This document shows positions 27,520-36,903 of a stretch of DNA of 64,000 nucleotides, piece by piece. A model generated the notes under the pieces. That model did no database searches. It saw only the letters and a list, made by a program, of their open reading frames with translations, and was not told the DNA's origin. The stretch covers positions 31,679-95,678 of the forward strand of contig CAZLHO010000005.1 of the NCBI GenBank assembly GCA_964559455.1, written 5' to 3'. Source of the DNA: an uncultured Fibrobacteraceae bacterium. GTDB taxonomy: Bacteria; Krumholzibacteriota; Krumholzibacteriia; LZORAL124-64-63. Made by a program: the position numbers and the translations under genes. Numbering within the stretch: position 1 is the first letter of the stretch; every line of letters begins with the position of its first letter.

Positions 27520-30500
27520 TCAGCGCACCAGCGTGACCGACCCCACCGCCCGTCCCCCGGCCCACTCCCCGACAGCCAGGTAGAGCCCAGAGGCCGCCGC
27601 GCGGCCCCCGTCGTCGCGCCCGTCCCAGAACGCGCGCTGGGCGCCGCCGGGCCGCCAGCCCTCGACCAGCGTGCGCACCACGCGGCCGCGCATGTCGACG
27701 ATGCGCAGGACGACCCGCGTGTCGCGGGGCAGTTCGTAGCCGATGACCGTGCCGGGGTTGGCCGGATTGGGCGCCACCGACAGGCGGCGCGGCGCCAGGG
27801 GCGCGGACGCGTCGTCGCGCACGGCCGTGACCGCCGCCGCTCCCAGGTCCACCTCGCGGTCGGGCCAGTCGGTCACGCTCACGGCCGAGAAGACCTGCAC
27901 CTCGCTCAGGCCCACGCCGCGGCCGGCCAGGGGCAGGATGTCCAGGCGGATCCGATGCGCCGCGACGGGGGCCTCGAGCACCAGCCAGTAGCCGTGGGCC
28001 AGGCGACCTTCCGCGGGCAGGTCGGAGAATTCGTCCGTGCGCCCGTAGCCCCAGTCCAGGTGGTCCCCCGGCGGGCTCCAGACGTCGTCGTGCTGGATCA
28101 CGCCCATTCCCGTGGCCGCGCCCTCGGCGTCCAGGGCGTAGGCCGCGATGGTGCCGGCGTGGCCGAAGTCGGCGTTGGGCTGGTGCGAGGTGACGCGCAG
28201 GGCCCGCACGGTCCGCTCGCCGCCCAGATCGACGGTCACCGTCAGGGGAGCGTCGCCCTCCCAGTACGCCGCCTGGCCCTGCACGTAGACCGAGGTCGTG
28301 TAGGTGGTGGGCGGGATGATCACGCCGTCGGTGAGCTCGCGGCCGTCGGTGTCCGGATTGACGGGCGCTGACAGGCGCGACACGGTGTAGGGCCGTCCGA
28401 GCGCCAGGTCGTCGATCCAGTCGGCCTCGATCCGCACCTTGTCGAGGCCGGCCGCGGGACCCACGTCGACGCCGTCGCCGTAGCCCGCCGGCGCACCGGG
28501 TTCGGCCAGCCGCGTCCGCACCCACTGCATGGTCGGGTCCCGATAGCCGGCCACGTTCAGGTCCCAGATCTCGTCGGTCGTGGTGACCACGCGGGTGTGC
28601 GTGCGGACGACGTCGCCGTCGAGGCGGTGTTCGGTCCAGCACCAGGTCACCTCCACCGGCGCGAACGCGGGATCGTGGGCGGCGTGGTGCACCTGCAGGA
28701 GCGCCTCCTGGATGCCCGTGCCCTGATACGACGCGTCCACCGAGCTCAGCACGTCGTACCGCATCCAGATCGTGCGCTGTCCGGCGGGCGCGGGACCGGG
28801 CGTGGCGAAGAGGCGGGCGTCCCAGGTGGGCGCCGCGCCCGCGTCGAAGACGGCCGCCGTCGTGAAGTCCAGGCCGTCCCACGAGTACGCCAGTTCCACC
28901 CGGTCGCCGGCGCCGGCGAAGCGGGTGATGAAGCTGCCGCCGAAGGTGGCGCCGAGCAGGTCGGCGGGGGTCTCGACGCGCCAGGTCGCGCTGCCCGGCA
29001 CGCCGGCCAGGGTGGGCACCACGATGGCCGACGAATAGCCCAGATACTCGGTCCGCGAGGTGAGGCCGGCATGGTCGGCGGCCGACACGGTCCAGTGGTG
29101 CTCGGCCCCGGCGTGCAGGGTGGGCTGCAGGGTCAGGGTCTCCAGCGGCGGGCCGGCGGCGAAGCGCACCCGGTTGGCGCCGCGCTGCAGGCGCGGCAGC
29201 GTCAGGCTGTTGACCTGGGTCACGGCCTCGACGCGCAACTCGTCCAGGCCGCAGTCCTGGCGGGTGTCGTCCGGCACGATGCGCACCCGCACCAGCGCCT
29301 CGAAGGCGCCGCCGACCAGGCTCGCCGGCAGCTCGTGCCAGGACGCGAAGGCGCCGGCCGCGGGCGCCGCCACCGGGATCCAGGTGCAACCGGCGTTGCG
29401 GGAGATGTCGAGCATCACCTGATCGCCGTCGCCGCGCCGGCCGGCCAGGTAGACCCGGGCCGAGGTCAGCACGTTGGCGGCGTCGATCTTCAGCACCGCG
29501 TCGGCCAGGGTCACGCCCGGCCCCGGGCGCAGAACCGGCCCCCCGCCGCCGTCCTGGTCGCGGTGGACCAACCCCGTGAGTTGGTGCCAGCCGCCCCGAA
29601 CATCCGCCGCCGCGAAGTCGGGGGCGATCTCCCAGCGGCCGTTGCCGCGGATGCTGGTCGGATAGTACGAGTCGTTCGGATCGAGGCCCTTGGAGGTCAG
29701 GCGCGCGTACTCCGGCCCCGCCCCCAGAGGCTCCCAGTAACGGGTGTAGGCGTGTCCGGGGTGCAGGTGCAGGCGGTTGCGGCAGCCGCGCCTCACGTGA
29801 GTGAAGGCCTCCTGCACGCTGAAGCCGGAGATGTAGGAGTCGGCGCCGTTGCGCAGGGTGCGCGAGAAGGGCACCGGGTTGTCGGCGGCCTTCCGGTAGC
29901 CGCTGGGATAGCCCAGTTCCAGGGGATGGTCGGGGTCGGGCGGGTTGGTCATGCACTCGGGGGCCGCGTGATAGAGGTAGAGGTGGCCGGGCTCGTCGGC
30001 CGCCCCGCCCCAGAGGTCGGAAAGGGCGCAGCTCCCGGGCGCGGCGATGTCGGCGCAGGAGGCGATGGCGCCGTCGTGCCGGCGGGCGTAGACCACCATG
30101 GAGGCGTCGAACATATGCCAGGTCGCGCCGGCGTCCCAGGACACCTCGGCGACGGTGTGGTCGCCCAGCTCGACGTAGCGGTGCCGCCAGTCGCCGCCCA
30201 TGACGTCGACGAAGGCGGTGAGGAAGGCCGCCATGTAGCCGCAGAAGGTGTTGGGGTAGCTGCCGTAGAAGCGGATCGGATCCCAGAGCGGAGCGCCGTC
30301 CTCGAAGGTCGCGCTGGTCTGAAGGTGGCCGCGAACCATCCACCGCCAGAAGGCGACGGCCTGGTCCTCGGGATCGTCCCAGACGCTCGTGGCGGTGGCC
30401 GCGAAATCCTCGATGGACACGTAGTCGGGCGAGCTGTCGGTGTAGAGGTGGATGTCGTGCACCGAAGCATGGGCGCAGGCAGCGCCGAGCAGCGTCAGGA

Positions 30501-30531
30501 CGAGCAGGAGTTGAACGACGGATCGCAACAT
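27520..30531 (-). CDS. Secreted multidomain protein: transglutaminase-like Cys-His-Asp core, discoidin-like domain, FlgD CTD
   Basis: Signal MLRSVVQLLLVLTLLGAACAHA; TFCGY / DHTVAEV / WHMFDAS; LTVTVDLGGERTVRAL...GLSEVQVF; PNPANP...WDGRDDGGR. Confidence 0.75.
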   Translation of the reverse strand: MLRSVVQLLLVLTLLGAACAHASVHDIHLYTDSSPDYVSIEDFAATATSVWDDPEDQAVAFWRWMVRGHLQTSATFEDGAPLWDPIRFYGSYPNTFCGYMAAFLTAFVDVMGGDWRHRYVELGDHTVAEVSWDAGATWHMFDASMVVYARRHDGAIASCADIAAPGSCALSDLWGGAADEPGHLYLYHAAPECMTNPPDPDHPLELGYPSGYRKAADNPVPFSRTLRNGADSYISGFSVQEAFTHVRRGCRNRLHLHPGHAYTRYWEPLGAGPEYARLTSKGLDPNDSYYPTSIRGNGRWEIAPDFAAADVRGGWHQLTGLVHRDQDGGGGPVLRPGPGVTLADAVLKIDAANVLTSARVYLAGRRGDGDQVMLDISRNAGCTWIPVAAPAAGAFASWHELPASLVGGAFEALVRVRIVPDDTRQDCGLDELRVEAVTQVNSLTLPRLQRGANRVRFAAGPPLETLTLQPTLHAGAEHHWTVSAADHAGLTSRTEYLGYSSAIVVPTLAGVPGSATWRVETPADLLGATFGGSFITRFAGAGDRVELAYSWDGLDFTTAAVFDAGAAPTWDARLFATPGPAPAGQRTIWMRYDVLSSVDASYQGTGIQEALLQVHHAAHDPAFAPVEVTWCWTEHRLDGDVVRTHTRVVTTTDEIWDLNVAGYRDPTMQWVRTRLAEPGAPAGYGDGVDVGPAAGLDKVRIEADWIDDLALGRPYTVSRLSAPVNPDTDGRELTDGVIIPPTTYTTSVYVQGQAAYWEGDAPLTVTVDLGGERTVRALRVTSHQPNADFGHAGTIAAYALDAEGAATGMGVIQHDDVWSPPGDHLDWGYGRTDEFSDLPAEGRLAHGYWLVLEAPVAAHRIRLDILPLAGRGVGLSEVQVFSAVSVTDWPDREVDLGAAAVTAVRDDASAPLAPRRLSVAPNPANPGTVIGYELPRDTRVVLRIVDMRGRVVRTLVEGWRPGGAQRAFWDGRDDGGRAAASGLYLAVGEWAGGRAVGSVTLVR

Positions 30532-30729
30532 GATGACAGCCCCCCCGCCAACGTAGACACGGCGGGGCGGTCGTGTCAATCGGGCCGGCGGGGCCTGGCG
30601 GGAAGGCGCGCGCGAACCGGCACAGGCCGGAGGTCCGATCCGACAAGGGCGACAGGCACGACGGGAATCTGCTATCATCAACCGGCGCGATACCCGGCCT
30701 CGGCACCCGAACGCGAAGGAATCCCCGAC

Positions 30730-31815
30730 ATGCGCGCCTGGAACGCTCTCCTGCCGGCACTGGTCATCCCGGTCTTCGCCCTTGCCGCCCCCTGTCTCGC
30801 CGACACGCTGAACGTCCCCGCCGACCATCCGGACATCGCCTCCGCCCTGGCCGTCGCGGTCGCGGGCGACGAGGTCGTCGTCGCCGCGGACACCTACCCG
30901 GAGCACGACCTGATCCTGCCCTCGGGCGTCGTGCTGCGCGGCGCGACCGGAGACCCGGCCGACGTGGTCATCGACGGCGAACGGGCCGGTCGTTGCGTGT
31001 ATGGCGCCGACCTCGACGCGGCGACGCGGATCGAGGCCTTGACCCTGTCCAACGGCCTGCCCGCCCTGGGCTCCACGCCTCACAACTCATGGGGAGCCGG
31101 CCTGATGGTGGACGGCGGAGCGCTCACCGTGGCGAACTGCGTGTTCACGGGCAACGAGACGGCCGTCGGCGGCGGGGCCTACGTCATCGGGACGGGGACG
31201 CCCGCCTTCATCGACTGCGTCTTCGACGGGAACGAGGCCTCCGAGTCGGCCGGGCTGCTCCTGCGCGGGACCTGCGACCCCCTCGTGCAGGACTGCGTTT
31301 TCCGCAACGGCGACCGGACCATGGTCGGCGGCGGCCTGACCTGGGGGGGATCGGGGCACGCTCTGATCGAGGGCTGCACCGTGGAGGACAACATCGTGCT
31401 GGAGACCGGCGGCGGGGTGGAGATCATCGGCGCCGGCGCCCTGGCGACGCTGCGCGACTGCGTGATCCGCCGCAACTCCGCCTCTCTGGGCGCGGGCGGG
31501 TTGTTCGTCGGCAACTACGGCCACGCGATCCTCGAGCTCTGCGCGATCACCGGGAACAGCTCCGATAATGCCGGCGGCGGCGTCATCCTGGACTTCGGGG
31601 CGGTCCTGGAGGCCTTCGACACCACGATCCTGGACAACACGGCGCCGACCGCGCCGGACGGCCTGGTCGGCTCGTCCGCGTCGGCGACCCTGACCTGCTG
31701 CATCATCGCCCTGGACGCCTGGCGGGACTTCGGCTCGCTGGTCGTGGAGAACGACGGCTGCCCCATAGCGGCCGAGACCGCCACCTGGGGCGAGGTCAAG
31801 TCGCTCTTCAAGTGA
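30730..31815 (+). CDS. Secreted right-handed parallel beta-helix repeat protein with C-terminal WGxVKxLFK tag
   Basis: Signal peptide; LNVPADHPDIASAL; repeated C(V/T)F.GN.A..GGG; ends TATWGEVKSLFK. Confidence 0.85.
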   Translation: MRAWNALLPALVIPVFALAAPCLADTLNVPADHPDIASALAVAVAGDEVVVAADTYPEHDLILPSGVVLRGATGDPADVVIDGERAGRCVYGADLDAATRIEALTLSNGLPALGSTPHNSWGAGLMVDGGALTVANCVFTGNETAVGGGAYVIGTGTPAFIDCVFDGNEASESAGLLLRGTCDPLVQDCVFRNGDRTMVGGGLTWGGSGHALIEGCTVEDNIVLETGGGVEIIGAGALATLRDCVIRRNSASLGAGGLFVGNYGHAILELCAITGNSSDNAGGGVILDFGAVLEAFDTTILDNTAPTAPDGLVGSSASATLTCCIIALDAWRDFGSLVVENDGCPIAAETATWGEVKSLFK

Positions 31816-31825
31816 TCATGGACCG

Positions 31826-31857
31826 GATAAAGGGCCGCCCCGACGATGAGGCGGCCC
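31826..31857 (-). terminator. Intrinsic terminator-like hairpin between convergent genes
   Basis: GGGCCGCC-N10-GGCGGCCC followed by TTTAT on the minus strand. Confidence 0.5.
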
Positions 31858-31879
31858 CGGCATCGCAATTCAGCCACCG

Positions 31880-32845
31880 CTACTTCACCAGCACCATCCG
31901 CTTCGTCTCGCTGTAGCCGCCGGTATCGAGGCGATAGAAGTAGGCCCCGCCGGCCACCCGCCGGCCTGCGTCGTCCCGGCCGTTCCAGACGGTCTCGTGG
32001 CGCCCCTGGTCCTGCACATCGCCGCCGATCAGGACTCTCACCAGGCGACCGGACACGTCGAAAACGCGGAGCCACACGCCCCTCCTCTCCGGGAGGCTGA
32101 AGGAAATCGTCGTCTGGGGATTGAAGGGATTGGGATAGGCGTCGTGCAGGTCGGCGTTCCGGCTGCCGCCCGACGGAACACCCGTCAGCCCTCCCCCTTG
32201 CTGGCAATTGTCGATCAGGCCGTCGTTGTTCCAATCCCAATCCGGATGAGCCGCCAGGTCGACCGCGTCGCTGATTCCGTTGCCGTTGCAATCGTCGACG
32301 TCGCCCTCGAATGACAGGCGGACTTCAATAAAGCTGCCCCCGAATTCCAACCACAAGGTAGAGATTGTCCAACAGTCCAGATCAATGGGCGTCAGCGATG
32401 CTCCTAGGTGCCAACACCCGGGAGGGGATTCAGAACAGCTTTGAAGAATTACTGTGATAGACCCGGTATTCATTCCAATATCAATTTGAAGTTCCTCAAA
32501 ATAATCGCCTGTTTCTGAGTCAAATAAGTTTCGAGCATGGATAAAGAAACTGGCATGGGGATCAAAACTATCGATCCCACCGACGCTTACCGACACGCTG
32601 CCGATGTATCTGTAATCAGCACAGGATCCCACCACCACGGCTTCCACACAATAGGCAAGCATGGATAGCTCCAAGCTGTCTCCCCATTGCACTCCGCTGT
32701 AATAACCGCCGTCATCACATTCTACATTTTCAACCACGCCACCAATCTTGTCGATGAAGACCGACCCCACGCCCTGGGCGCCCGCGATAGTCGCGGCACT
32801 GATCACGCAGAATATCATCAGCGCATAGACGGTGCTCATTCGCAT
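31880..32845 (-). CDS. Secreted protein with low-GC passenger, DCNGNGISD Ca-binding-like motif and FlgD CTD
   Basis: Signal MRMSTVYALMIFCVISAATIAGA; DCNGNGISDAVD...DWNNDGLIDNCQ; YPNPFNP...WNGRDDAGR. Confidence 0.8.
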   Translation of the reverse strand: MRMSTVYALMIFCVISAATIAGAQGVGSVFIDKIGGVVENVECDDGGYYSGVQWGDSLELSMLAYCVEAVVVGSCADYRYIGSVSVSVGGIDSFDPHASFFIHARNLFDSETGDYFEELQIDIGMNTGSITVILQSCSESPPGCWHLGASLTPIDLDCWTISTLWLEFGGSFIEVRLSFEGDVDDCNGNGISDAVDLAAHPDWDWNNDGLIDNCQQGGGLTGVPSGGSRNADLHDAYPNPFNPQTTISFSLPERRGVWLRVFDVSGRLVRVLIGGDVQDQGRHETVWNGRDDAGRRVAGGAYFYRLDTGGYSETKRMVLVK

Positions 32846-33018
32846 CGCGAACACCTGCCCTTTCCGACTGATCAAGTTGTTCCCCGGAGCTCGTATGCCG
32901 ACCGATTCATCTGCCCGGATCGATACGATTGGAGTATGGCTCGTCAATTGTAGCATATCCTGATGTTCGAATTCATCATGATCGCGCTCGTTCCGATCGG
33001 CGGCCGAGCCGTCACGAG

Positions 33019-33170
33019 GCGGCGCAGATCGTGAGGGAGCCCTACCTCATCTTCCCGGGGAATGCCGAAGAGATGCAGCTGCACTGGCAGCTGGACGACA
33101 CCGCCGACTGCGCCGTGGAGTGAGGCTTCGACGCCGACTACTCCCTGGGCTCCGCACCGACGGGCGCATC
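33019..33170 (+). pseudogene. Gene fragment resembling the FN3-like N-terminus of purple-acid-phosphatase-type metallophosphoesterases, with an in-frame TGA
   Basis: Reads AAQIVREPYLIFPGNAEEMQLHWQLDDTADCAVE*GFDADYSLGS; TGA at 33121 sits where W would be expected. Family assignment is from memory; boundaries approximate. Confidence 0.5.
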
Positions 33171-33212
33171 CCGACGCCTGGTGCGGCCACGAGAGTGGAT
33201 GATCGCCGCCCC

Positions 33213-34916
33213 TCAGTCCCCGTTCCCGCCGATCTCCACGATCCCCACGTCGTCGAGCGACGCGGCGAAAGCCAGGGCCGCGGCGTCGCCCAGGCCGGGG
33301 TTGTCCGCGATCTCCAGCCTGTTCGTGACCTCGGTCAGGCCGGACAGGCCGGCCAGAGACGCCAGGACGTCGTTCCCTTCGATGATCAGGTTGTCGGCGC
33401 GCACCAGCGTCTCCAGGCCGGCCAGGCCGACGAGGGCGGCGTTGTATCGCACGCGCAGGTCCCGGATCTCCTCGAGATCGGCGATGCCGGTCAGGTTGAT
33501 CAATCCGGAATTCTGGGTGACGTTCAGGTTCTCGAGCCCCGGCCGCGCGCCCAGGCCGTCGAGGCTCGTCAGCGCCGGACAGCGGATCAGGTACAGGTTC
33601 GAGACGATCGTCCCCGCCCCCAGGCCCGCCAGCGAATCCAGCGCCTCGTTGCCGTCGAGGGTCAGCCGGTCGATCGCGGCCACGCCCTCCAGGCCGTTCA
33701 GGCTGTGCAGCGACGGGTTGCCCACGACCTGCACCTGTTCCAGCGATCCCACCGCGCCCAGTCCCGTGAAGTCGATGAAGGATGCATTATTCCGGACGGA
33801 CAGGCTCTTCAGCTGCGGCAGGTCGCCCAGGCCGGCCAGCGATGCGAGTGCGGGGTTGCCGTCGATCGCGAGTGAGGTCAGGCCGGACAGGTCGCCCAGC
33901 CCCGCCAGGGACTCCAGGGCCGCGTTTCCGTAGATGGTGAGCTGCCCGGAGACAGCGATCCCCTCCAGGCCTGCGAGCGACTCCAGGTGACCCTGGTGGT
34001 TGATCGTCAGGTTGGAAAGTGGAGCGCCGACGACCAGCCCCGACAGGTCCGGCAGCCGGCTGGGGCCGCCCAGGCTGAGCTGGGCCAGATCCGGCAAGGG
34101 ATCGAGTCCCTGCAGCGAAGCCAGGGCTTCGTTCGCAAAGAGACCCAGGGTCCGCAGGCTCGCGAGGTTCTCCAGGCGCCCCAGCGCGGTCAAGGAACGG
34201 TTGCTGCCGACCTGGAGATTCTCGAGCGCCGGCATGGGCCCCAGATTCCCCAGGGTCGTCAGGTTGTCGCAATGATCGACCGTCATCTGCCGCAAGGAGC
34301 CGAGGTCGCGCAGGCCGAGGCCGTCGACGAGGCCGTCCTCGTCCCTGACGGACAAGGAGACCAGCGCCGGCAGCGGTCCCAGGCCGGCGAGGCTCGGCAG
34401 CCGGCCGTTGAGGCCGACGGTCAGTTGCGCCAGCCCGGAAAGGTCGCCGATCCCCGCGCAGTCCTCGAGTTGCCCGTTGCGGCTCAGCATCATCTGCCGC
34501 ACGGCGACGAGCCCGCCCAGGCCGTCGAGGGAGCCCAGCGCGGCGTTGCCGACGATGCTGATGCGGTCGGCCTCCCGCAGCTTCTCCAGCCCCCGCAGGT
34601 TCCGGAGCTGCGTGCCGCAGATCTCGAGCTCGCCGACGCTGGTCAGCATCGCCAGCGGCGTCAGGGAGCGGATCGCGCCCGCGCTGTCCGGGTGGATGAT
34701 CAACGAGCCGGGGATCTCCGTGATCCCGCGCAGCAGCTCCAGTTCGGACTGGTCGGCGACGATCACGTGCCCGCCGTAGCCGGCGACGCCCCACTGCTGC
34801 ACCGAGCAGGGATCCGAATCCGAGCAGCCGGCGACCATCAGGAACGCTCCCGCCGCCAGGCAGAGCGCCGCCGTCAAGATGCCGGAGCGGCGGCGATGCT
34901 TGAAGACACGGTTCAT
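33213..34916 (-). CDS. Leucine-rich-repeat (L-domain-like) lipoprotein 1
   Basis: Lipobox LMVAGC; about 20 repeats of LxSLxGLxxLxxLxxLxIxxN; ends IVEIGGNGD. Confidence 0.88.
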   Translation of the reverse strand: MNRVFKHRRRSGILTAALCLAAGAFLMVAGCSDSDPCSVQQWGVAGYGGHVIVADQSELELLRGITEIPGSLIIHPDSAGAIRSLTPLAMLTSVGELEICGTQLRNLRGLEKLREADRISIVGNAALGSLDGLGGLVAVRQMMLSRNGQLEDCAGIGDLSGLAQLTVGLNGRLPSLAGLGPLPALVSLSVRDEDGLVDGLGLRDLGSLRQMTVDHCDNLTTLGNLGPMPALENLQVGSNRSLTALGRLENLASLRTLGLFANEALASLQGLDPLPDLAQLSLGGPSRLPDLSGLVVGAPLSNLTINHQGHLESLAGLEGIAVSGQLTIYGNAALESLAGLGDLSGLTSLAIDGNPALASLAGLGDLPQLKSLSVRNNASFIDFTGLGAVGSLEQVQVVGNPSLHSLNGLEGVAAIDRLTLDGNEALDSLAGLGAGTIVSNLYLIRCPALTSLDGLGARPGLENLNVTQNSGLINLTGIADLEEIRDLRVRYNAALVGLAGLETLVRADNLIIEGNDVLASLAGLSGLTEVTNRLEIADNPGLGDAAALAFAASLDDVGIVEIGGNGD

Positions 34917-34917
34917 C

Positions 34918-36642
34918 TCAGTCCCCGTTTCCGCCGATGGTGATCGTTCCCGTCACGTCCAGCCCGCCGGCGAAGGCGAAGGCCGCGGCGTTCCCCAGCG
35001 CGGTGTTGCTGGTGATCCGGAGGTTGCCGACGCGCTGCAGCCCGGCCAGCCCGTCGAGGGAGGCCAGCGCCGCGTTGTCCCAGATCGTGAGGTGGTCGTC
35101 GAGCGCGGTGATCGCCTCCAGCCCCTGCAGCCTCGTCAGGGTCGGGCAATCGCTGATGTCGACGCCCGCCAGGTTCGGCGTCGCGCCCAGCCCCTGCAGG
35201 TCGACGATCGCGGTCAGATCGCGGACCCACAGGGCTGTCAGGCCGGGCAGATCGCCCAGGCCGGCCAGGCTCGGCAGGGATTGCAGGCTGCTGATCGTCA
35301 GCGTCTCCAGGGACGGCAGGGGCCCGAGTCCGGACAGCGACAGCAGGTCGTGGCAATAGCGGATCCCGAGTTGCGCCAAGTTGTCGAGGTCGGCGAGCCC
35401 GGACAGGTCCGTCAGCGCGAGGCCGCTGAGGTAGAGGGTGCGCAGCGCGGGCAGGCCGCCGAGGCCCGCCAGCGAGGCCAGTTGGGGGTCGCTCTGGAGG
35501 CTCAGTTCCTCGAGCCCGGTCAGCTCGGACGCTCCCGCCAGGCTCGTCAGGCCGTCGTTGGAATAGAGCGTCAACGTCGCGAGCCCCGGCATGGCGCCGA
35601 GCCCGTCCAGCGAGGTCAAGGCAGGGCATTCCTCGATCCGGAGGTCGCCGAGCCCGCCGAGGTAGCCGGCCCCCTGCAGGGACCTCAGGGAATCGCAGTG
35701 ACTGATCCAGAGGGCGGCCAGTTCGACCTGTCCGCCCAGCCCGGCCAGGCTGGAGAGTCCGTCGGCCTGGATGATGTCCAGCCCCTGCAGGGCGGGGACG
35801 TCGCCGAGGCCGCTGAAGTCCTCGAAGACCGGGCTCCCCTCCACGATCAACGCCTCCAGGCCCGGCAGGTCGCCCAGGCCCTCCAGGTTCTTCAGCACCG
35901 GGTTGACCCGCAGCGCCAGCTGCCTGAGCTTCGGCATCGCTGGCCAGCCCGCGAAGGACGTGAATTCCGATCCCCCGGAGAGGCTCAGCCAGTCCAGCTC
36001 CGTCAGCTCGCCCAGGCCGGAGATGCTCGTGAATCCGCCCACGATCATCGTCTCCAGGACGACGGCGTGTTCGAGCCGGGAGAAGTCCTCCAGGAGATCG
36101 CAGTCGTTGATCTCGGCGATCAGGAGCGCCGACAGGTCGCCGGACGGGCCCAGGTCGCGCAGCGCCGTGAGCCGCCACAACCGCATCGTCGTCAGGGCCG
36201 GGAGGTCGGCGGGCAGATCCACCACGACGAGAGCCGGCAGATCCTGAAGCATGAGGAACTGCAGCGACGCGGCGCCGCCAAGACCGGCGAGGCCGGCCAG
36301 CGAGGCGCAGTCGTAGATCTCGAGCCGCTCGAGTTGCTCGAGGTTCTCGAGGCCGGCGAGGCTGCTGATCGAAAGTCCCTGCAGGTAGAGCCTCTGGACG
36401 CTGCGCAGCGAGGCCAGGGCCGAGAGGTCGGTCACGTCCTCGCCCCTGATCGCCAGCGTGCCCTCGATCTCGGTAATCCCGGCCAATTGATCGACCTGCT
36501 CCTGCCCCTCCACGCCGATCTCGCCCGGATAGACGGAGAGAGTGCAGGGGTTGGAGTCGTCGTCGCAGCCGATGAAGAGGAGCAGAATGCCGAGAAGAAG
36601 GAATATCGTCAGCAATGGTCGGGCCGATGGTGCCAAGCTCAA
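34918..36642 (-). CDS. Leucine-rich-repeat (L-domain-like) lipoprotein 2
   Basis: TTG start 7 nt after GGAGG; lipobox LFIGC; same 22-23 aa repeat; ends TITIGGNGD. Confidence 0.85.
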   Translation of the reverse strand: MSLAPSARPLLTIFLLLGILLLFIGCDDDSNPCTLSVYPGEIGVEGQEQVDQLAGITEIEGTLAIRGEDVTDLSALASLRSVQRLYLQGLSISSLAGLENLEQLERLEIYDCASLAGLAGLGGAASLQFLMLQDLPALVVVDLPADLPALTTMRLWRLTALRDLGPSGDLSALLIAEINDCDLLEDFSRLEHAVVLETMIVGGFTSISGLGELTELDWLSLSGGSEFTSFAGWPAMPKLRQLALRVNPVLKNLEGLGDLPGLEALIVEGSPVFEDFSGLGDVPALQGLDIIQADGLSSLAGLGGQVELAALWISHCDSLRSLQGAGYLGGLGDLRIEECPALTSLDGLGAMPGLATLTLYSNDGLTSLAGASELTGLEELSLQSDPQLASLAGLGGLPALRTLYLSGLALTDLSGLADLDNLAQLGIRYCHDLLSLSGLGPLPSLETLTISSLQSLPSLAGLGDLPGLTALWVRDLTAIVDLQGLGATPNLAGVDISDCPTLTRLQGLEAITALDDHLTIWDNAALASLDGLAGLQRVGNLRITSNTALGNAAAFAFAGGLDVTGTITIGGNGD

Positions 36643-36903
36643 TCGAAGGCCTCCCGATGTTCGGGCCTGGACGGACTCGCGCCGCCCCATCTGGTGCCGA
36701 CAGCGAATCCGTACCCTAGCACGGGTCGGATGGGCAGACAACGCTCCCGGGCGGGATCGGGGCGGCGCGGAGTTGCGAGTTCGATAGTGCATTTCTATCG
36801 TGTATTCGATTTGTCATTATCACTACGGTCCTCAGGGATGAGCTCGCTCCACAACCGTATGCGGCCAGGGACGCGCCGGGGCTGGACTCTGAAAGGGACC
36901 GAC

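Noticed and set aside
33121-33123. Selenocysteine or programmed read-through at TGA
   Set aside because: The position fits Trp rather than Cys, no SECIS-like hairpin was recognised, and the frame lacks a credible start and full domain.
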